Source: Deltaproteobacteria bacterium (GTDB taxonomy: Bacteria; Myxococcota_A; Polyangia; Fen-1088). Taken from it: DNA of 64,000 nt. The number at the start of each line of letters is the position of its first letter. Position 1 is the first letter of the stretch. Under the pieces are notes generated by a model, which saw only the letters and a list, made by a program, of their open reading frames with translations, was not told the DNA's origin and did not search any database. Made by a program: the position numbers and the translations under genes. The DNA lies in assembly GCA_033763315.1 (NCBI GenBank), contig JANRKS010000035.1:96001-160000 (forward strand). Reading direction: 5' to 3'. Positions 39,865-50,196 of the stretch are shown here, in pieces.

Positions 39865-40155
39865 CTATTGAGCGGTTGGGCCAGCAGCATCACCGCCGCC
39901 ATCACCCAACGCGTCCCCCACAGCGCCGTCACCGGCTGCATCAACGATCACGGCATCCGTACCAGCGTCAGCCATCGGCGTGCTGCCACCAGCAGCGTCG
40001 GCCATCGGCGTGCTGCCACCAGCAGCGTCGCCGCCATCGGATACCACGGCGGCGTCATAAGGCGACAAGCCGTCCTCATCGCCACATCCAACCAGGCCCA
40101 ACGTTGCACACGCGGTGGCCACCCACATCATCCTGATCTTGCTGTTTTTGCCCAT
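39865..40155 (-). CDS. Small lipoprotein composed almost entirely of Asp-Ala-Gly repeats
   Basis: Lipobox LVGC; mature chain GDEDGLSPYDAA...DAAGGSTPMADAAGGSTPMADAG. Confidence 0.6.
   Translation of the reverse strand: MGKNSKIRMMWVATACATLGLVGCGDEDGLSPYDAAVVSDGGDAAGGSTPMADAAGGSTPMADAGTDAVIVDAAGDGAVGDALGDGGGDAAGPTAQ
39971..40030. repeat. 30-bp tandem duplication (DAAGGSTPMA x2)
   Basis: GCCATCGGCGTGCTGCCACCAGCAGCGTCG occurs twice in tandem. Confidence 0.9.
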
Positions 40156-40287
40156 TGAGGGCGGCATTTTACGCGCGTTTTTCGAGATCGCGCAAGAAAG
40201 AAGGCGTGGCCGCACACCAACGGTGAAAGCAGCCACGCGTGAGTCCGTGCATAAGTGCGGATCGCTTTACCACCGCACGTTCAAGCG

Positions 40288-40311
40288 GCCCAGGCTGTGA
40301 AACGCCTGGGC
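40288..40311. terminator. Stem-loop downstream of lipoprotein gene
   Basis: GCCCAGGC-TGTGAAAC-GCCTGGGC; no strong U-tract. Confidence 0.45.
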
Positions 40312-40327
40312 GATGAGCCTCCACACC

Positions 40328-41506
40328 TTAATTGGTGGGCGTCACAGACGCGTAGGTCATCCCTACGCGAACTTCGTCGATCGCGCCGTTGGCAGGATTG
40401 GATCCTGGATACCAGGTGATGTTCCTAAAATCGAGTGCGGTGGTCGCGGTGAATTCCGCGCTCACCGTCGCGGGAGCCTGGCCCCCTAAAGACGTGGGAT
40501 TGACGTACAACTTCACCGAGCCACCGGTTGCCGTAAACGAAACGTTGAGGACCATGAAGACCGCTTGCCCCTTGGTGACAACGGCGCTCGTCTTGATTGG
40601 CGTTTCGGCGTTTCGGCCGCGCAGGCTCCAATAGCCAACGTCGCCCGTCTTCGATGCAGCGCCGAAGAAACCAACCGCAAACTTTCCGCCACCGTCTGAG
40701 TTGTTGTCCCACGGCACGTTGTTCGCACCAAAGGACACGTGCGAGTCACCATCGCCATCAGCGTCGCGGCGGAACAAAAAGCTAAGCCACAACGACTTGT
40801 CAACGGCGCCGATGAAGCCATCCTTCAAGTAGTCTTTGAACACGCCCTGAGCGCCAACATCGAAACGCCTTCCAGAGGACCGATACGCTTGGCCACCCGT
40901 GGCATGCCCCGGCGTCCTTTGCAGCGTCAGGTATGTCAACGGCATCGCCGCTGCGAGCTCAAAACCAGGCATGGTGATTTCGTCACTTTGAACATCCCAA
41001 CCGCTTTGCCAGCCAAAACCCGCTGCCGATGCATTCAAGCGTCCCGTGCTACCAAAGGGATCGTATGCGATGAGGCCCGGAACAGGCATCGCGTCCACGC
41101 CGCTGTCCGTACCTGTGTCAGCCGCCGAGCCATCCATGACATTGGCGTCCATCGCGGCCGCGTCCACCCCGGCATCCACCGTCATTCCACCCATGCCGTT
41201 GCCCGCGGCTCCGGCCATGCCGCCCGCAGATCCCGCCATACCGCCCGATGAACCAGCGGTGCCGCCGGCAGATCCCCCAGAGCCGGCCATACCGCCCGCT
41301 GAGCCGCCTTTACCGCCAGCGCCCCCCGAACCAACGCCACCTTTGCCAGCGGTGTTTGTTCCTCCACCGCCAGAATCGGAGCCCGCTGAGCCACCGCCCC
41401 CTCCGCCCGTGTCATCGTCGCCGCCTCCTGAATCACCACAGCTAATCACAATCGCAGCCGACAACATCAACAAGCCGCATCCCGTCACAACATAGTTCAT
41501 CTTCAT
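40328..41506 (-). CDS. Lipoprotein with Gly-rich/DAG linker and C-terminal beta-sandwich domain
   Basis: Lipobox-like VISC, GGxAG repeats, domain LIAYDPF...IDEVRVGMTYASVTP. Start 41506 or 41524. Confidence 0.75.
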   Translation of the reverse strand: MKMNYVVTGCGLLMLSAAIVISCGDSGGGDDDTGGGGGGSAGSDSGGGGTNTAGKGGVGSGGAGGKGGSAGGMAGSGGSAGGTAGSSGGMAGSAGGMAGAAGNGMGGMTVDAGVDAAAMDANVMDGSAADTGTDSGVDAMPVPGLIAYDPFGSTGRLNASAAGFGWQSGWDVQSDEITMPGFELAAAMPLTYLTLQRTPGHATGGQAYRSSGRRFDVGAQGVFKDYLKDGFIGAVDKSLWLSFLFRRDADGDGDSHVSFGANNVPWDNNSDGGGKFAVGFFGAASKTGDVGYWSLRGRNAETPIKTSAVVTKGQAVFMVLNVSFTATGGSVKLYVNPTSLGGQAPATVSAEFTATTALDFRNITWYPGSNPANGAIDEVRVGMTYASVTPTN

Positions 41507-41575
41507 AGGGGCGCAGTATGTCATCGTGTGGTGAACGTCACAAGTGGGAGCGCTTCCTTAGGTGTGGCCGGCTCA

Positions 41576-41602
41576 ATACACTCGGTGTATCCTATCGTGT
41601 AT
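41576..41602. promoter_or_regulatory. Probable vapBC autoregulatory operator
   Basis: Palindrome ATACAC-TCG-GTGTAT plus a third GTGTAT half-site overlapping the vapB ATG. Confidence 0.55.
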
Positions 41603-41837
41603 GCGGACGAACGTTGTGCTGAACGACGCGTTAGTTGAGGAAGCAATGAAGCTTTCTACGGTAACTACGAAGTCGGCACTCATAGAACAGTGCATGCGCT
41701 TCTTCGTGGAGAGTCGCCAAGGTGAGCGGCGCCGGGCCAGCTACGAACGTCGCGTACTGGAATTGCAGCAGAAGCTCGCATCCGTCGCTCCGCGCGAAAG
41801 TGCGCACGACATCGTTCGTAGGGATCGCGACCGGTAA
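41601..41837 (+). CDS. vapB: VapB-family antitoxin (RHH)
   Basis: MRTNVVLNDALVEEAM...TKS; 2-bp gap to a PIN toxin gene. Confidence 0.85.
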   Translation: MRTNVVLNDALVEEAMKLSTVTTKSALIEQCMRFFVESRQGERRRASYERRVLELQQKLASVAPRESAHDIVRRDRDR

Positions 41838-41839
41838 CG

Positions 41840-42256
41840 ATGGCTACGTATGTTCTCGATACAAGCGTGGCTATAGCCTGGTACCTGCCAGAGGCATTCT
41901 CTTCTGAGGCCAGGCAATGGCAGCGCCGCTTGTTGAACGACGAAGCCAATGTCTGCGTGCCCTCACTTCACTACTGGGAGTTCGGCAACGTCCTTCGCAC
42001 GTACGTCCGTCGCGGTGAACTCCAACAAGCGCTGGCGCAAGAGATCTACCAAGTGCACTTGGAGGCACCTCTTGTGACAATGGAGCCCGATCGCCACAAA
42101 ACACTGGAGTGCGCGTTCGAGTATGACGCCACCATGTACGACGCCGTGTACATCGCGCTTAGTCGGTCGCTCGATGCGGCGCTAATCACCGCCGAGAAGA
42201 CCACGAGGCCATGGGTGGTCAAGTTGGGCGACAACGTTCGTCTCGTTTCCAAGTAG
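41840..42256 (+). CDS. vapC: VapC PIN-domain ribonuclease toxin
   Basis: YVLDTSV, EFGNVL, YDAVYIAL, LITAE. Confidence 0.9.
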   Translation: MATYVLDTSVAIAWYLPEAFSSEARQWQRRLLNDEANVCVPSLHYWEFGNVLRTYVRRGELQQALAQEIYQVHLEAPLVTMEPDRHKTLECAFEYDATMYDAVYIALSRSLDAALITAEKTTRPWVVKLGDNVRLVSK

Positions 42257-42276
42257 GCAGAGTCCTCGTTCGCTCT

Positions 42277-43311
42277 CTACACCGGCCGCCGCCGAACGAA
42301 TAGGAAGGTTGCAAGCAACAGGATTGCGCACGACGGGCGTGAGCTGTTGCCATGGCCACCGTAGGAACAGCCGCGATCCGACGCTGCAAAATCCTCGCAG
42401 ATATCCGAGGGGATCTCGAAGGAACTCGACTCCGTGGACAATGCACCCGTACGATCGATGGCTCGGATCGTATAGGTCCCTGTCGCTCGTGCCGTAAAGT
42501 CTGACGGCGATACGTTGAGTGCAAAAGGACTGCGGCCGCACACGTTCAGGGCAATAGAGTCGCCTAACTTCTGCGCGATAACCTTGTTGTCTTTGGACAA
42601 TACATGCGCCACGGGTTTGCCTGTATCGGGGTCGATCGAAGAAGGCCATGAGACGCTTGCAATACGCGCAGCGTATGGTCCACAACACGAATCGTTGTCG
42701 CATTTGTCGTCCGCGAACTTAACCGTTGGCTTGCCTGGCTTCGTGGGTGGACGTTCGTCGGCAACGGCTGACGTGGTGAACGTACCGATAACCACGGGAT
42801 CGCCCCACCGGCAGGGATCGATTGACCCATTCCCGCAGGGAACCGAAGCAATGAGGTCTGTGATTTCATAGGCTGTGTTTGGCGCGAGGGAGGCGGGAAT
42901 CAGCGTGTATATAAAGAAGGTAGGGCGTTGATCGGCATAGTATTCGTAACGCACGGGCACGTTCACCCCTTCGGAGGTCCGCAGCGCCAAGTTCGTTGGC
43001 ATCACCGGTGCGAAATTCGCATCAAAAGGCCCCCCGCCGTCGGGCCCCTGATTTCTCATGTGCACGGAGCCCGTTCCCCCCTGGTAATAGACTTCGATGT
43101 CTAGAGTTGATCCCGCGAACCGACCGGTGATCCAGTACTGCAAGGCCGAGCACGCGAGCACATCTCGCGGAACCAACGCGCCGCACGCGAAAGCCGCAGC
43201 GAGAACAATCGTGTGGACGCGGCGACGGATCCAGGGCGGCCACGTCGCGGCTAACGTGCCGGAAAAGCCGAATCCCCCTCCCCATTGGCGCCGCGTTGAC
43301 ACTTTCGACAT
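42277..43311 (-). CDS. Hypothetical exported protein with MYXO-CTERM-like anchor
   Basis: Hydrophobic stretch ending DVLA-CS, beta-rich body, C-terminal GCS + TM + RRR. Start uncertain. Confidence 0.65.
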   Translation of the reverse strand: MSKVSTRRQWGGGFGFSGTLAATWPPWIRRRVHTIVLAAAFACGALVPRDVLACSALQYWITGRFAGSTLDIEVYYQGGTGSVHMRNQGPDGGGPFDANFAPVMPTNLALRTSEGVNVPVRYEYYADQRPTFFIYTLIPASLAPNTAYEITDLIASVPCGNGSIDPCRWGDPVVIGTFTTSAVADERPPTKPGKPTVKFADDKCDNDSCCGPYAARIASVSWPSSIDPDTGKPVAHVLSKDNKVIAQKLGDSIALNVCGRSPFALNVSPSDFTARATGTYTIRAIDRTGALSTESSSFEIPSDICEDFAASDRGCSYGGHGNSSRPSCAILLLATFLFVRRRPV

Positions 43312-43348
43312 CTGCGGCTTCTTTTCTGCAACCATCATACCGTCATTG

Positions 43349-44902
43349 TTACGTCGGCCCTGCGCTATGCGCGGCCAGCAACGAAACAACAAACGTGGCC
43401 CCGCCTATCTCCGCCGATGGGGCTTGCAACTCCAGCGTGCCGCCGAACGTCTCGACGATTGATCGGCTGATCGAGAGGCCCAGGCCCGTGCCCTTGCCGG
43501 GTTCTTTGGTCGTGAAGAAAGGATCGAAGATTCTCCGGCGCAACTCTGGTGGAACCCCCGGACCGGTGTCACTCACTCGCAGTTCCACGCGCTCGGGTAG
43601 CGCCGCCGACGCACTGATCGTGATTGTGCCTTCATTTGGCATCGCGTCCGCGGCGTTCAACAGCAGGTTCACCAACACTTGTTTCAGCCGCTCGGGTGCA
43701 GCCACAACATGAGGCCACCTCTCGGGATCGTCCACGCCCTCGATCACGACCGTGGCTCCGCGAAGCCGGCTGCCCATAGGCGCCACCAAATCGCGTGCCG
43801 CCTTCACAACCACCAACAAATCCGTCGGGCGCGCCTCATCACGGCTGGGTCGCGAATATTCGAGCAGGTCCGAAATCGTGCGATGGATCCGCTGCGTTTC
43901 GCTTTTGATGCGTTCACTGATGTTCAGCCGCTCTGCTTCCGACAGCACTTGCGCCGCGGGCTCTGCGGCGTCATCTCGAAGAATGTCGGCGTAACCCAAG
44001 ATAGCAGCCAGGGGATTGCCGATCTCGTGCGCCACGCCCGCCGCCAGTTGCCCTACGGAAGCCAGCTTTTCTGTGCGAATCAATTGTTCGCGCTGGCTGG
44101 CCAACGATGCCGTCATACGATTGAAGGATGCGGCTAAACTTTCGATCTCGCGCGGGCCCTCAATGGTGATGGCCGTGATCGTTTGGTTGCCAACGCCCGC
44201 GGTCGCCTGCTCCACCGCACGCAGCGGCCGCACCACCAGCGAAGTGATCAACAAGTACCCCAGTGCCACCAACAGCACGGCGTTGCCCAAAGCCAGGCCC
44301 ACCAAGATCGTGCCGGACTTCGCCAGAAAACCAATCATGGGTGGCGGCGCAAGCAACACCACACGCACGATGCCAATCACCCGCTTGCCACTTGTCACCG
44401 GGGCGTATGCCAACAGCTCCGTTTGGCCCGCACCACTTTTTCGATAATGCAAAATCGAAGGCACGCCTGAAAGTGTGGCGAGGGCCGCGGGTGGATCGAT
44501 GTCTGCGGGATCGCGCAAAGGACGCGACGCCACCACCCGCTTGTTCGCGTCCATCACCGACACTTCCACCAGGCCGCTGCCTTCAAGCAATTGGCTCAAG
44601 ATCGGTTGCAGGCGCTCAACAACGGCAAAATCACGCGAAAGCGTCTGCGCGGGTAGCGCCGATGAAATGGCTGAAGCCGCGGCGCTGGCGATCGCGTTGA
44701 CCGTCGATTCCCTTTGCTCACGCAAACCATCGGCCGCGGCCCACAAGGAAAGCGCGCCCGTTGAGATAACCGCAAACAACGCCACCACCGCCAAGCCCAA
44801 AAGCACCTGGATGCGCAGCCCCAACGACCGGCGCCGCGGAGGCAATGAAATTGCCGTTTGCGTGCGTTCGGCGGCCGACGCCTCCAGCGGGGCCGCCGTC
44901 AT
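43349..44902 (-). CDS. HAMP-domain sensor histidine kinase (NtrB/PilS type)
   Basis: 2 TM, HAMP, H-box AHEIGNPL, N-box NLLLNAADA, DTGPG, FFTTK, GTGLGL. Confidence 0.93.
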   Translation of the reverse strand: MTAAPLEASAAERTQTAISLPPRRRSLGLRIQVLLGLAVVALFAVISTGALSLWAAADGLREQRESTVNAIASAAASAISSALPAQTLSRDFAVVERLQPILSQLLEGSGLVEVSVMDANKRVVASRPLRDPADIDPPAALATLSGVPSILHYRKSGAGQTELLAYAPVTSGKRVIGIVRVVLLAPPPMIGFLAKSGTILVGLALGNAVLLVALGYLLITSLVVRPLRAVEQATAGVGNQTITAITIEGPREIESLAASFNRMTASLASQREQLIRTEKLASVGQLAAGVAHEIGNPLAAILGYADILRDDAAEPAAQVLSEAERLNISERIKSETQRIHRTISDLLEYSRPSRDEARPTDLLVVVKAARDLVAPMGSRLRGATVVIEGVDDPERWPHVVAAPERLKQVLVNLLLNAADAMPNEGTITISASAALPERVELRVSDTGPGVPPELRRRIFDPFFTTKEPGKGTGLGLSISRSIVETFGGTLELQAPSAEIGGATFVVSLLAAHSAGPT

Positions 44903-44911
44903 GCGGGCGAC

Positions 44912-45403
44912 CTAACGCCCCGTGCGCGCGCGTTCGGCGGGGCAAGCGCCCCCTTCCATACCGCGCGCTTTTTCACACAAACCAAACAGCTCATGACGGT
45001 GGTTGACGATGACGAAGCCTTGGCGTTTGGCGATCTTCTCTTGCAAGGCCTCAATTTCGTCGTTCTCGAATTCAACGATGTAACCACATTCTTTGCAAAT
45101 GATGTGATCGTGGTGCTCGCCATCCACAGCCAGCTCGTAAAGCGTTTGCCCCGACCCAAACTGGCGTGAAGCCGCGATCCCAGCCTCTTCGAGCAGCTTT
45201 ACAGTGCGGTAGACCGTGGCGAGGCCCACGCCAGGGTTCTTTTCCCGCGCACGGGACAATAAGTCCTCGAGGCCCACGTGGCCTTGCGATTCAAGGAACG
45301 CGTCGACGATGGCTTCGCGCTGCAGGGTTGTTTTAAGGCCCTTGCGGCGAAGGTAGGTCCGCCAAGGCTCCTTCAACGTGTCTTCAGTCTGTTTTCCACC
45401 CAC
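44912..45403 (-). CDS. fur: Fur-family transcriptional regulator
   Basis: TLQREAI, ATVYRT, HHDHIICKECG, C-terminal Cys. Start trimmed to GTG 45403 (uncertain). Confidence 0.88.
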   Translation of the reverse strand: MGGKQTEDTLKEPWRTYLRRKGLKTTLQREAIVDAFLESQGHVGLEDLLSRAREKNPGVGLATVYRTVKLLEEAGIAASRQFGSGQTLYELAVDGEHHDHIICKECGYIVEFENDEIEALQEKIAKRQGFVIVNHRHELFGLCEKARGMEGGACPAERARTGR

Positions 45404-45611
45404 GAGAGCCTCACGGCCAAGGATTTTGCACCCACACGACGCCCACCCGCCACCCCGCCAAGAAGCAGGGCGCGAAGGCAGACCACAATCATTACCAGGG
45501 GATTGCAGGCAAGCAAGCGCCCGCAACCGGGGGGGGCAAACGACGCAAAGCAAAATCTTGCTTCCGCAGCCCCGGGGACGGTTTTTGATGATATAGAAGC
45601 CGCCAGTTCAC

Positions 45612-46349
45612 ATGGGCCTACTGGACATATTCAAGTCCAAGGATGAGCGCGCGGAAAGATCGCGGGAAAAAACGATCTCTCGCGCGCTAAATAAATATGC
45701 TCAGTCCCCTGACCGCTTAAGGGCACTCGAGAACCTCCTTGCAGACGGATCGGAAGAAGCCTTATTCGGCATGATGCGCCGTTTTGGCTTCGCCTACGAT
45801 AAATCCATTGAAGACGAGCACGAAAAGGAGTGGGTCTGCGACGCCTTGGTCAGCAAAGGCGCCGCCGCCCTGCCCGCCGTGCGCCGTTACCTGAAAAGCG
45901 CCGACTCTGTGTCGTGGCCGCTGCGGGTGCTGGGGCAGGTGGCTTCTTCTAAGGATGAAGAGCTGCAAGTCCTCAAAGAGGTGCTGGAGCGCCACGAGCC
46001 TGGCTATGAACGCGACCCCACCAAAAAAATTCAGGTTCTTTCGCACCTCGGCCACATGAAGCATGAAGCCATCTCGGCTTTGGTGGTGCCATATCTGCAA
46101 GACATGGACGAAGGTGTTCGCTACACGGCCGCCGAAACGCTGCTGGCCCACAAGAATGCCGAGGTCAGCGCGCAACCTTTGTTGGCCGCGTTCGCGTCCG
46201 ACACCGAAGAAAGCCTGCGCTTGCGCCAACGCATCGCCGATGGCTTTGCCGATTTGAAATGGCCTGTCGGCGAGATGCGCGCGGCCGTTGAAAAGAAGCT
46301 GCCCGACGCCTACAAGCTGGACAAAGCTGGCCTCTTTCAGAAGAAGTAA
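45612..46349 (+). CDS. HEAT-repeat protein
   Basis: Helical repeats such as YLQDMDEGVRYTAAETL; N-terminus MGLLDIF. Confidence 0.75.
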   Translation: MGLLDIFKSKDERAERSREKTISRALNKYAQSPDRLRALENLLADGSEEALFGMMRRFGFAYDKSIEDEHEKEWVCDALVSKGAAALPAVRRYLKSADSVSWPLRVLGQVASSKDEELQVLKEVLERHEPGYERDPTKKIQVLSHLGHMKHEAISALVVPYLQDMDEGVRYTAAETLLAHKNAEVSAQPLLAAFASDTEESLRLRQRIADGFADLKWPVGEMRAAVEKKLPDAYKLDKAGLFQKK

Positions 46350-46383
46350 CTCGATTTAAGTTTGATCTCCCCGGAACCATTCG

Positions 46384-49300
46384 ATGCCAAAGCGAACTGA
46401 CATCAAGACCGTCCTCCTCATCGGCTCGGGCCCCATCGTGATCGGGCAGGCCTGCGAATTTGACTATTCAGGAACGCAGGGAGCGAAAGCCCTGCGCGAA
46501 GAAGGTTACCGCGTGGTGCTGGTGAACTCGAACCCAGCGACGATCATGACCGATCCGGAGTTGGCCGATCGCACGTACGTCGAGCCACTGACGGTTGAGA
46601 TCGTCACGAAGATCATTGAGCGCGAACGCCCCGATGCCTTGCTGCCGACGCTCGGCGGCCAAACCGCTTTGAACCTGGCGGTGGCGCTGAGCAAGGCCGG
46701 CGTGCTTGAAAAGTACGGCGTGAAGCTTATCGGCGCGCAACTGGATGCAATCGAGAAGGCCGAAGACCGCGAGCTGTTCAAGCAAGCCATGTTCAAGATC
46801 GGTTTGCACGTGCCACGCTCGGGCTACGCGCGTTCATTGGAGGAGGCGCGCAAGATTCAAAGGCAGCTTGCCGAAGAAACGGGCGAAGGCTTCCCTGTGA
46901 TTTTGCGGCCTTCGTTCACACTGGGCGGCTCCGGCGCTGCCATCGCGTGGAACGCTGAAGAGTTTGATTCCAAGATGTTGTGGGGCTTGCAAGAAAGCCC
47001 ACGCGGCGAAGTGCTGGTTGAGCAATCAGTGCTGGGCTGGAAAGAATACGAGCTTGAGATCATGCGTGACCGCAACGACAACGCGGTCATCATCTGCAGC
47101 ATCGAGAACCTGGATCCGATGGGCGTTCACACGGGCGATTCGATCACCATCGCGCCCGCGATGACGTTGACCGACAAGGAATACCAGGCGCTGCGCGACG
47201 CTTCGATCGCCGTCATTCGCGAGATCGGCGTCGAAACCGGTGGTTCTAACATTCAGTTCGCGGTGAACCCGCGCACGGGTGACGTGATCGTCATCGAGAT
47301 GAACCCACGCGTGTCGCGCAGTTCAGCGTTGGCCTCGAAAGCCACGGGTTACCCCATTGCCAAGATCGCCGCGAAACTCGCGGTTGGTTACACGCTGGAC
47401 GAGATCACGAACGACATCACGCGCGAAACACCCGCGTGTTTTGAGCCCACGATCGATTACGTGGTCACCAAGGTGCCGCGGTTTGCCTTCGAGAAGTTCC
47501 CGGGCGCTGACACGACGCTTGGCCCCCAGATGAAGTCAGTGGGCGAAGTGATGGCCATGGGCCGCACGTTCAAAGAATCACTCGGCAAAGCTTTGCGCTC
47601 GCTTGAGATTGGCCGATGGGGCTTTGACTACAGCAAAGACAACGAACCGATGCCGTCGCTTGAAGAGCTCAAGCGCAGCATCTCCACGCCTGGGCCCGAT
47701 CGCCTGTGGTTGCTCGCCGAGGCGCTTCGGTTGGGGTTGTCGGTGGACGAAGCCCATCAATTAACGGCCATTGATCCCTGGTTCCTCACGGAGATGACGG
47801 AGATCGTGGCTGCCGAAGAATCGGTGCGCGGCAAAGGCGCCAAGTTCCTCGACGACCGCGCGGCTTTGCAAAGCGCGAAAGAGGTTGGGTTGGCCGATCG
47901 CCGCCTGGCGAAGCTGACCAACACCAGCGAAGAAGACGTGCGGCAGGCGCGTCACCGCCACAATGTGTTGCCTGTGTTCAAGCGCGTTGATACCTGCGCG
48001 GCGGAATTCGAAGCCCACACGCCTTACCTTTATTCAAGTTACGAAACGGGCGCCGTGCAGGCTGACATCGGCACGCTGCCCGAGAACGAATCACTGCCCA
48101 CCAAGAAGCGCAAAGTGGCGATCTTGGGCGGTGGCCCCAACCGCATTGGCCAAGGCATCGAATTCGATTACTGCTGCGTGCACGCGGTGCAAGCGCTGCG
48201 GGCCGAAGGCTGCGAAACGATCATGATCAACTGCAACCCTGAGACCGTGTCGACCGATTACGACACGTCGGATCGGTTGTACTTCGAGCCGCTCACGCGT
48301 GAAGACGTGTTGGAGATCTTGCGCGTGGAACAGCCCGAAGGCGTCATCGTGCAGTTCGGTGGCCAAACGCCGTTGCGCCTGGCGGTGCCGCTGCAGCAAG
48401 CGGGCGTGAAGCTTTTGGGCACGAGCGCAGACGCCATCGACCGCGCCGAAGATCGTCAGCGGTTTGGCGAGTTGGTCACCAAGCTTGGCCTCAAAGCCCC
48501 GCAGTGGGGCACAGCGCACGGCTTGGCCGAGGCGCGCGTGATTGCCGAACGCATCGGGTATCCCGTGATGGTGCGCCCTTCGTACGTTTTGGGTGGCCGC
48601 GCGATGGAAGTGGTGCACGACAGCGGCGGGCTTGAACACTTCGTCGGCCGCGCCATGGAAGCCTCGCGCCGCGAGTCGCTGGCCAGCGGCAGCGGTGGCG
48701 ATCAAAACGCGCCGATCTTGGTGGATCAGTTCTTGGATGACGCCATCGAGCTTGACGTTGATGTGGTGTCCGACGGCCACCAAGCCATCATCGGCGGCGT
48801 GATGGAGCACATCGAAGAGGCCGGCATTCACTCGGGCGATTCGGCCTGTGCGTTGCCTCCTTATTCGTTGCCCGCCGACGTCATCGAGATCGTAAAAACT
48901 CAAGCGCGTGCCTTGGCGATGGAGCTGGGCGTACGTGGCCTCATGAACGTGCAGTTCGCGGTGCCACGTGACACCAAAGACGTTTACATCCTTGAAGTGA
49001 ACCCACGCGCCTCTCGCACGGTGCCGTTTGTGTCGAAAGTCACGGGTGTGCCCTTGGCGAAGATCGCGGCGAAGATCGCGATCGGGATGACGCTTGAGCA
49101 AATGGGCGTCAAAGAGGTCACGCCTAAGCACGTGGCGGTCAAAGAGGCTGTGTTCCCGTTCGTGAAGTTCCCAGGTGTGGATACGTTGCTCGGGCCCGAG
49201 ATGCGGTCCACCGGCGAAGTGATGGGCATCGACACCACATTTGAAATGGCGTTTGGCAAAAGCCAAATTGCCGCGAACACGCGCTTGCCCTTCGATCGCA

Positions 49301-49701
49301 AAGGCACCGTGTTTATCTCAGTGCACGATCGCGACAAGCCTTCGGCAGTCAAGGTGGCGCAGCAGCTTTTGGCCATGGAATACTCGATCGTCGCCACGAA
49401 CGGCACTTGGGAGTATCTCAAGCAGAACGGCATCGCCGCCGAACGCGTGAACAAGGTGCGCGAAGGCCGCCCCCACGCCGTTGATAAGATGGTGGACGGC
49501 GCCATTCACATGGTCATCAATACAACCCAAGGCGCTGAAGCGATTCGCGACTCGTTCGAGATCCGCCGCACCGCTTTGGTCAAAGGCCTGCCATACTACA
49601 CCACGATGTCGGCCGCGCGTGCGGCTGTGGGTGCCCTTGCCAAGTTGCGTGACGGGGGAATGACGGTGTGTTCGTTGCAGGAGTACCAGAACAATGGCTG
49701 A
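46384..49701 (+). CDS. carB: Carbamoyl-phosphate synthase large subunit
   Basis: [17 protein letters not shown], two ATP-grasp halves, MGS domain. Confidence 0.99.
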   Translation: MPKRTDIKTVLLIGSGPIVIGQACEFDYSGTQGAKALREEGYRVVLVNSNPATIMTDPELADRTYVEPLTVEIVTKIIERERPDALLPTLGGQTALNLAVALSKAGVLEKYGVKLIGAQLDAIEKAEDRELFKQAMFKIGLHVPRSGYARSLEEARKIQRQLAEETGEGFPVILRPSFTLGGSGAAIAWNAEEFDSKMLWGLQESPRGEVLVEQSVLGWKEYELEIMRDRNDNAVIICSIENLDPMGVHTGDSITIAPAMTLTDKEYQALRDASIAVIREIGVETGGSNIQFAVNPRTGDVIVIEMNPRVSRSSALASKATGYPIAKIAAKLAVGYTLDEITNDITRETPACFEPTIDYVVTKVPRFAFEKFPGADTTLGPQMKSVGEVMAMGRTFKESLGKALRSLEIGRWGFDYSKDNEPMPSLEELKRSISTPGPDRLWLLAEALRLGLSVDEAHQLTAIDPWFLTEMTEIVAAEESVRGKGAKFLDDRAALQSAKEVGLADRRLAKLTNTSEEDVRQARHRHNVLPVFKRVDTCAAEFEAHTPYLYSSYETGAVQADIGTLPENESLPTKKRKVAILGGGPNRIGQGIEFDYCCVHAVQALRAEGCETIMINCNPETVSTDYDTSDRLYFEPLTREDVLEILRVEQPEGVIVQFGGQTPLRLAVPLQQAGVKLLGTSADAIDRAEDRQRFGELVTKLGLKAPQWGTAHGLAEARVIAERIGYPVMVRPSYVLGGRAMEVVHDSGGLEHFVGRAMEASRRESLASGSGGDQNAPILVDQFLDDAIELDVDVVSDGHQAIIGGVMEHIEEAGIHSGDSACALPPYSLPADVIEIVKTQARALAMELGVRGLMNVQFAVPRDTKDVYILEVNPRASRTVPFVSKVTGVPLAKIAAKIAIGMTLEQMGVKEVTPKHVAVKEAVFPFVKFPGVDTLLGPEMRSTGEVMGIDTTFEMAFGKSQIAANTRLPFDRKGTVFISVHDRDKPSAVKVAQQLLAMEYSIVATNGTWEYLKQNGIAAERVNKVREGRPHAVDKMVDGAIHMVINTTQGAEAIRDSFEIRRTALVKGLPYYTTMSAARAAVGALAKLRDGGMTVCSLQEYQNNG

Positions 49702-50179
49702 ACGCTATCCGATGACCCCCAAGGGGTTGCAAGCGTTGCGCGAAGAGCTCAAGCATCTCAAAGAATTCGAGCGCCCCAAGAACGTGCTCGACATCGAAGA
49801 GGCGCGCGCCCACGGCGACTTGCGTGAAAACGCCGAGTACCACGCCGCCAAGGAAAAGCAGGGCTTCATTGAGACGCGCCTGCGCGAGCTCGAAGGCATG
49901 ATCGCCATGTCGGAGGTTATCGATCCAGGCAAGCTTTCCGGCACCAAGGTGGTGTTTGGGGCCACGGTGAAGCTGACCGATCCAAACACCGAAGAGGTGG
50001 TGACCTACACCATCGTCGGCGACTGCGAATCCGACATCAAGCTGGGCAAGATCGCCATTTCGGCCCCCTTGGCCCGCGCCATGATCGGCAAAGAAGAAGG
50101 CGACACGGTGGTGCTGCGCAACGCGAAGGGCGGGCGCGAGTACGAAGTGACCGAGGTCAAGTTCATCCCGCAAGACTAA
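49694..50179 (+). CDS. greA: Transcription elongation factor GreA
   Basis: [27 protein letters not shown]; overlaps the carB end. Confidence 0.97.
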   Translation: MAERYPMTPKGLQALREELKHLKEFERPKNVLDIEEARAHGDLRENAEYHAAKEKQGFIETRLRELEGMIAMSEVIDPGKLSGTKVVFGATVKLTDPNTEEVVTYTIVGDCESDIKLGKIAISAPLARAMIGKEEGDTVVLRNAKGGREYEVTEVKFIPQD

Positions 50180-50196
50180 GCGTCGAGGCGCCGAGG

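Noticed and set aside
36561-40311. Similar hairpins at 36561 and 40288 (GCCCAGG...TGAAACG) as a REP family
   Set aside because: Only two loosely similar copies; terminator-like stems explain them.
45478-45496. Possible Fur box upstream of fur (AATCATTACC)
   Set aside because: Only one half-site, about 11/19 match; too weak.
48091-49266. 391-aa antisense ORF inside carB
   Set aside because: Shadow of a highly conserved gene.
46384-49701. carB without adjacent carA
   Set aside because: Split carA/carB and carB-greA linkage are common in bacteria.
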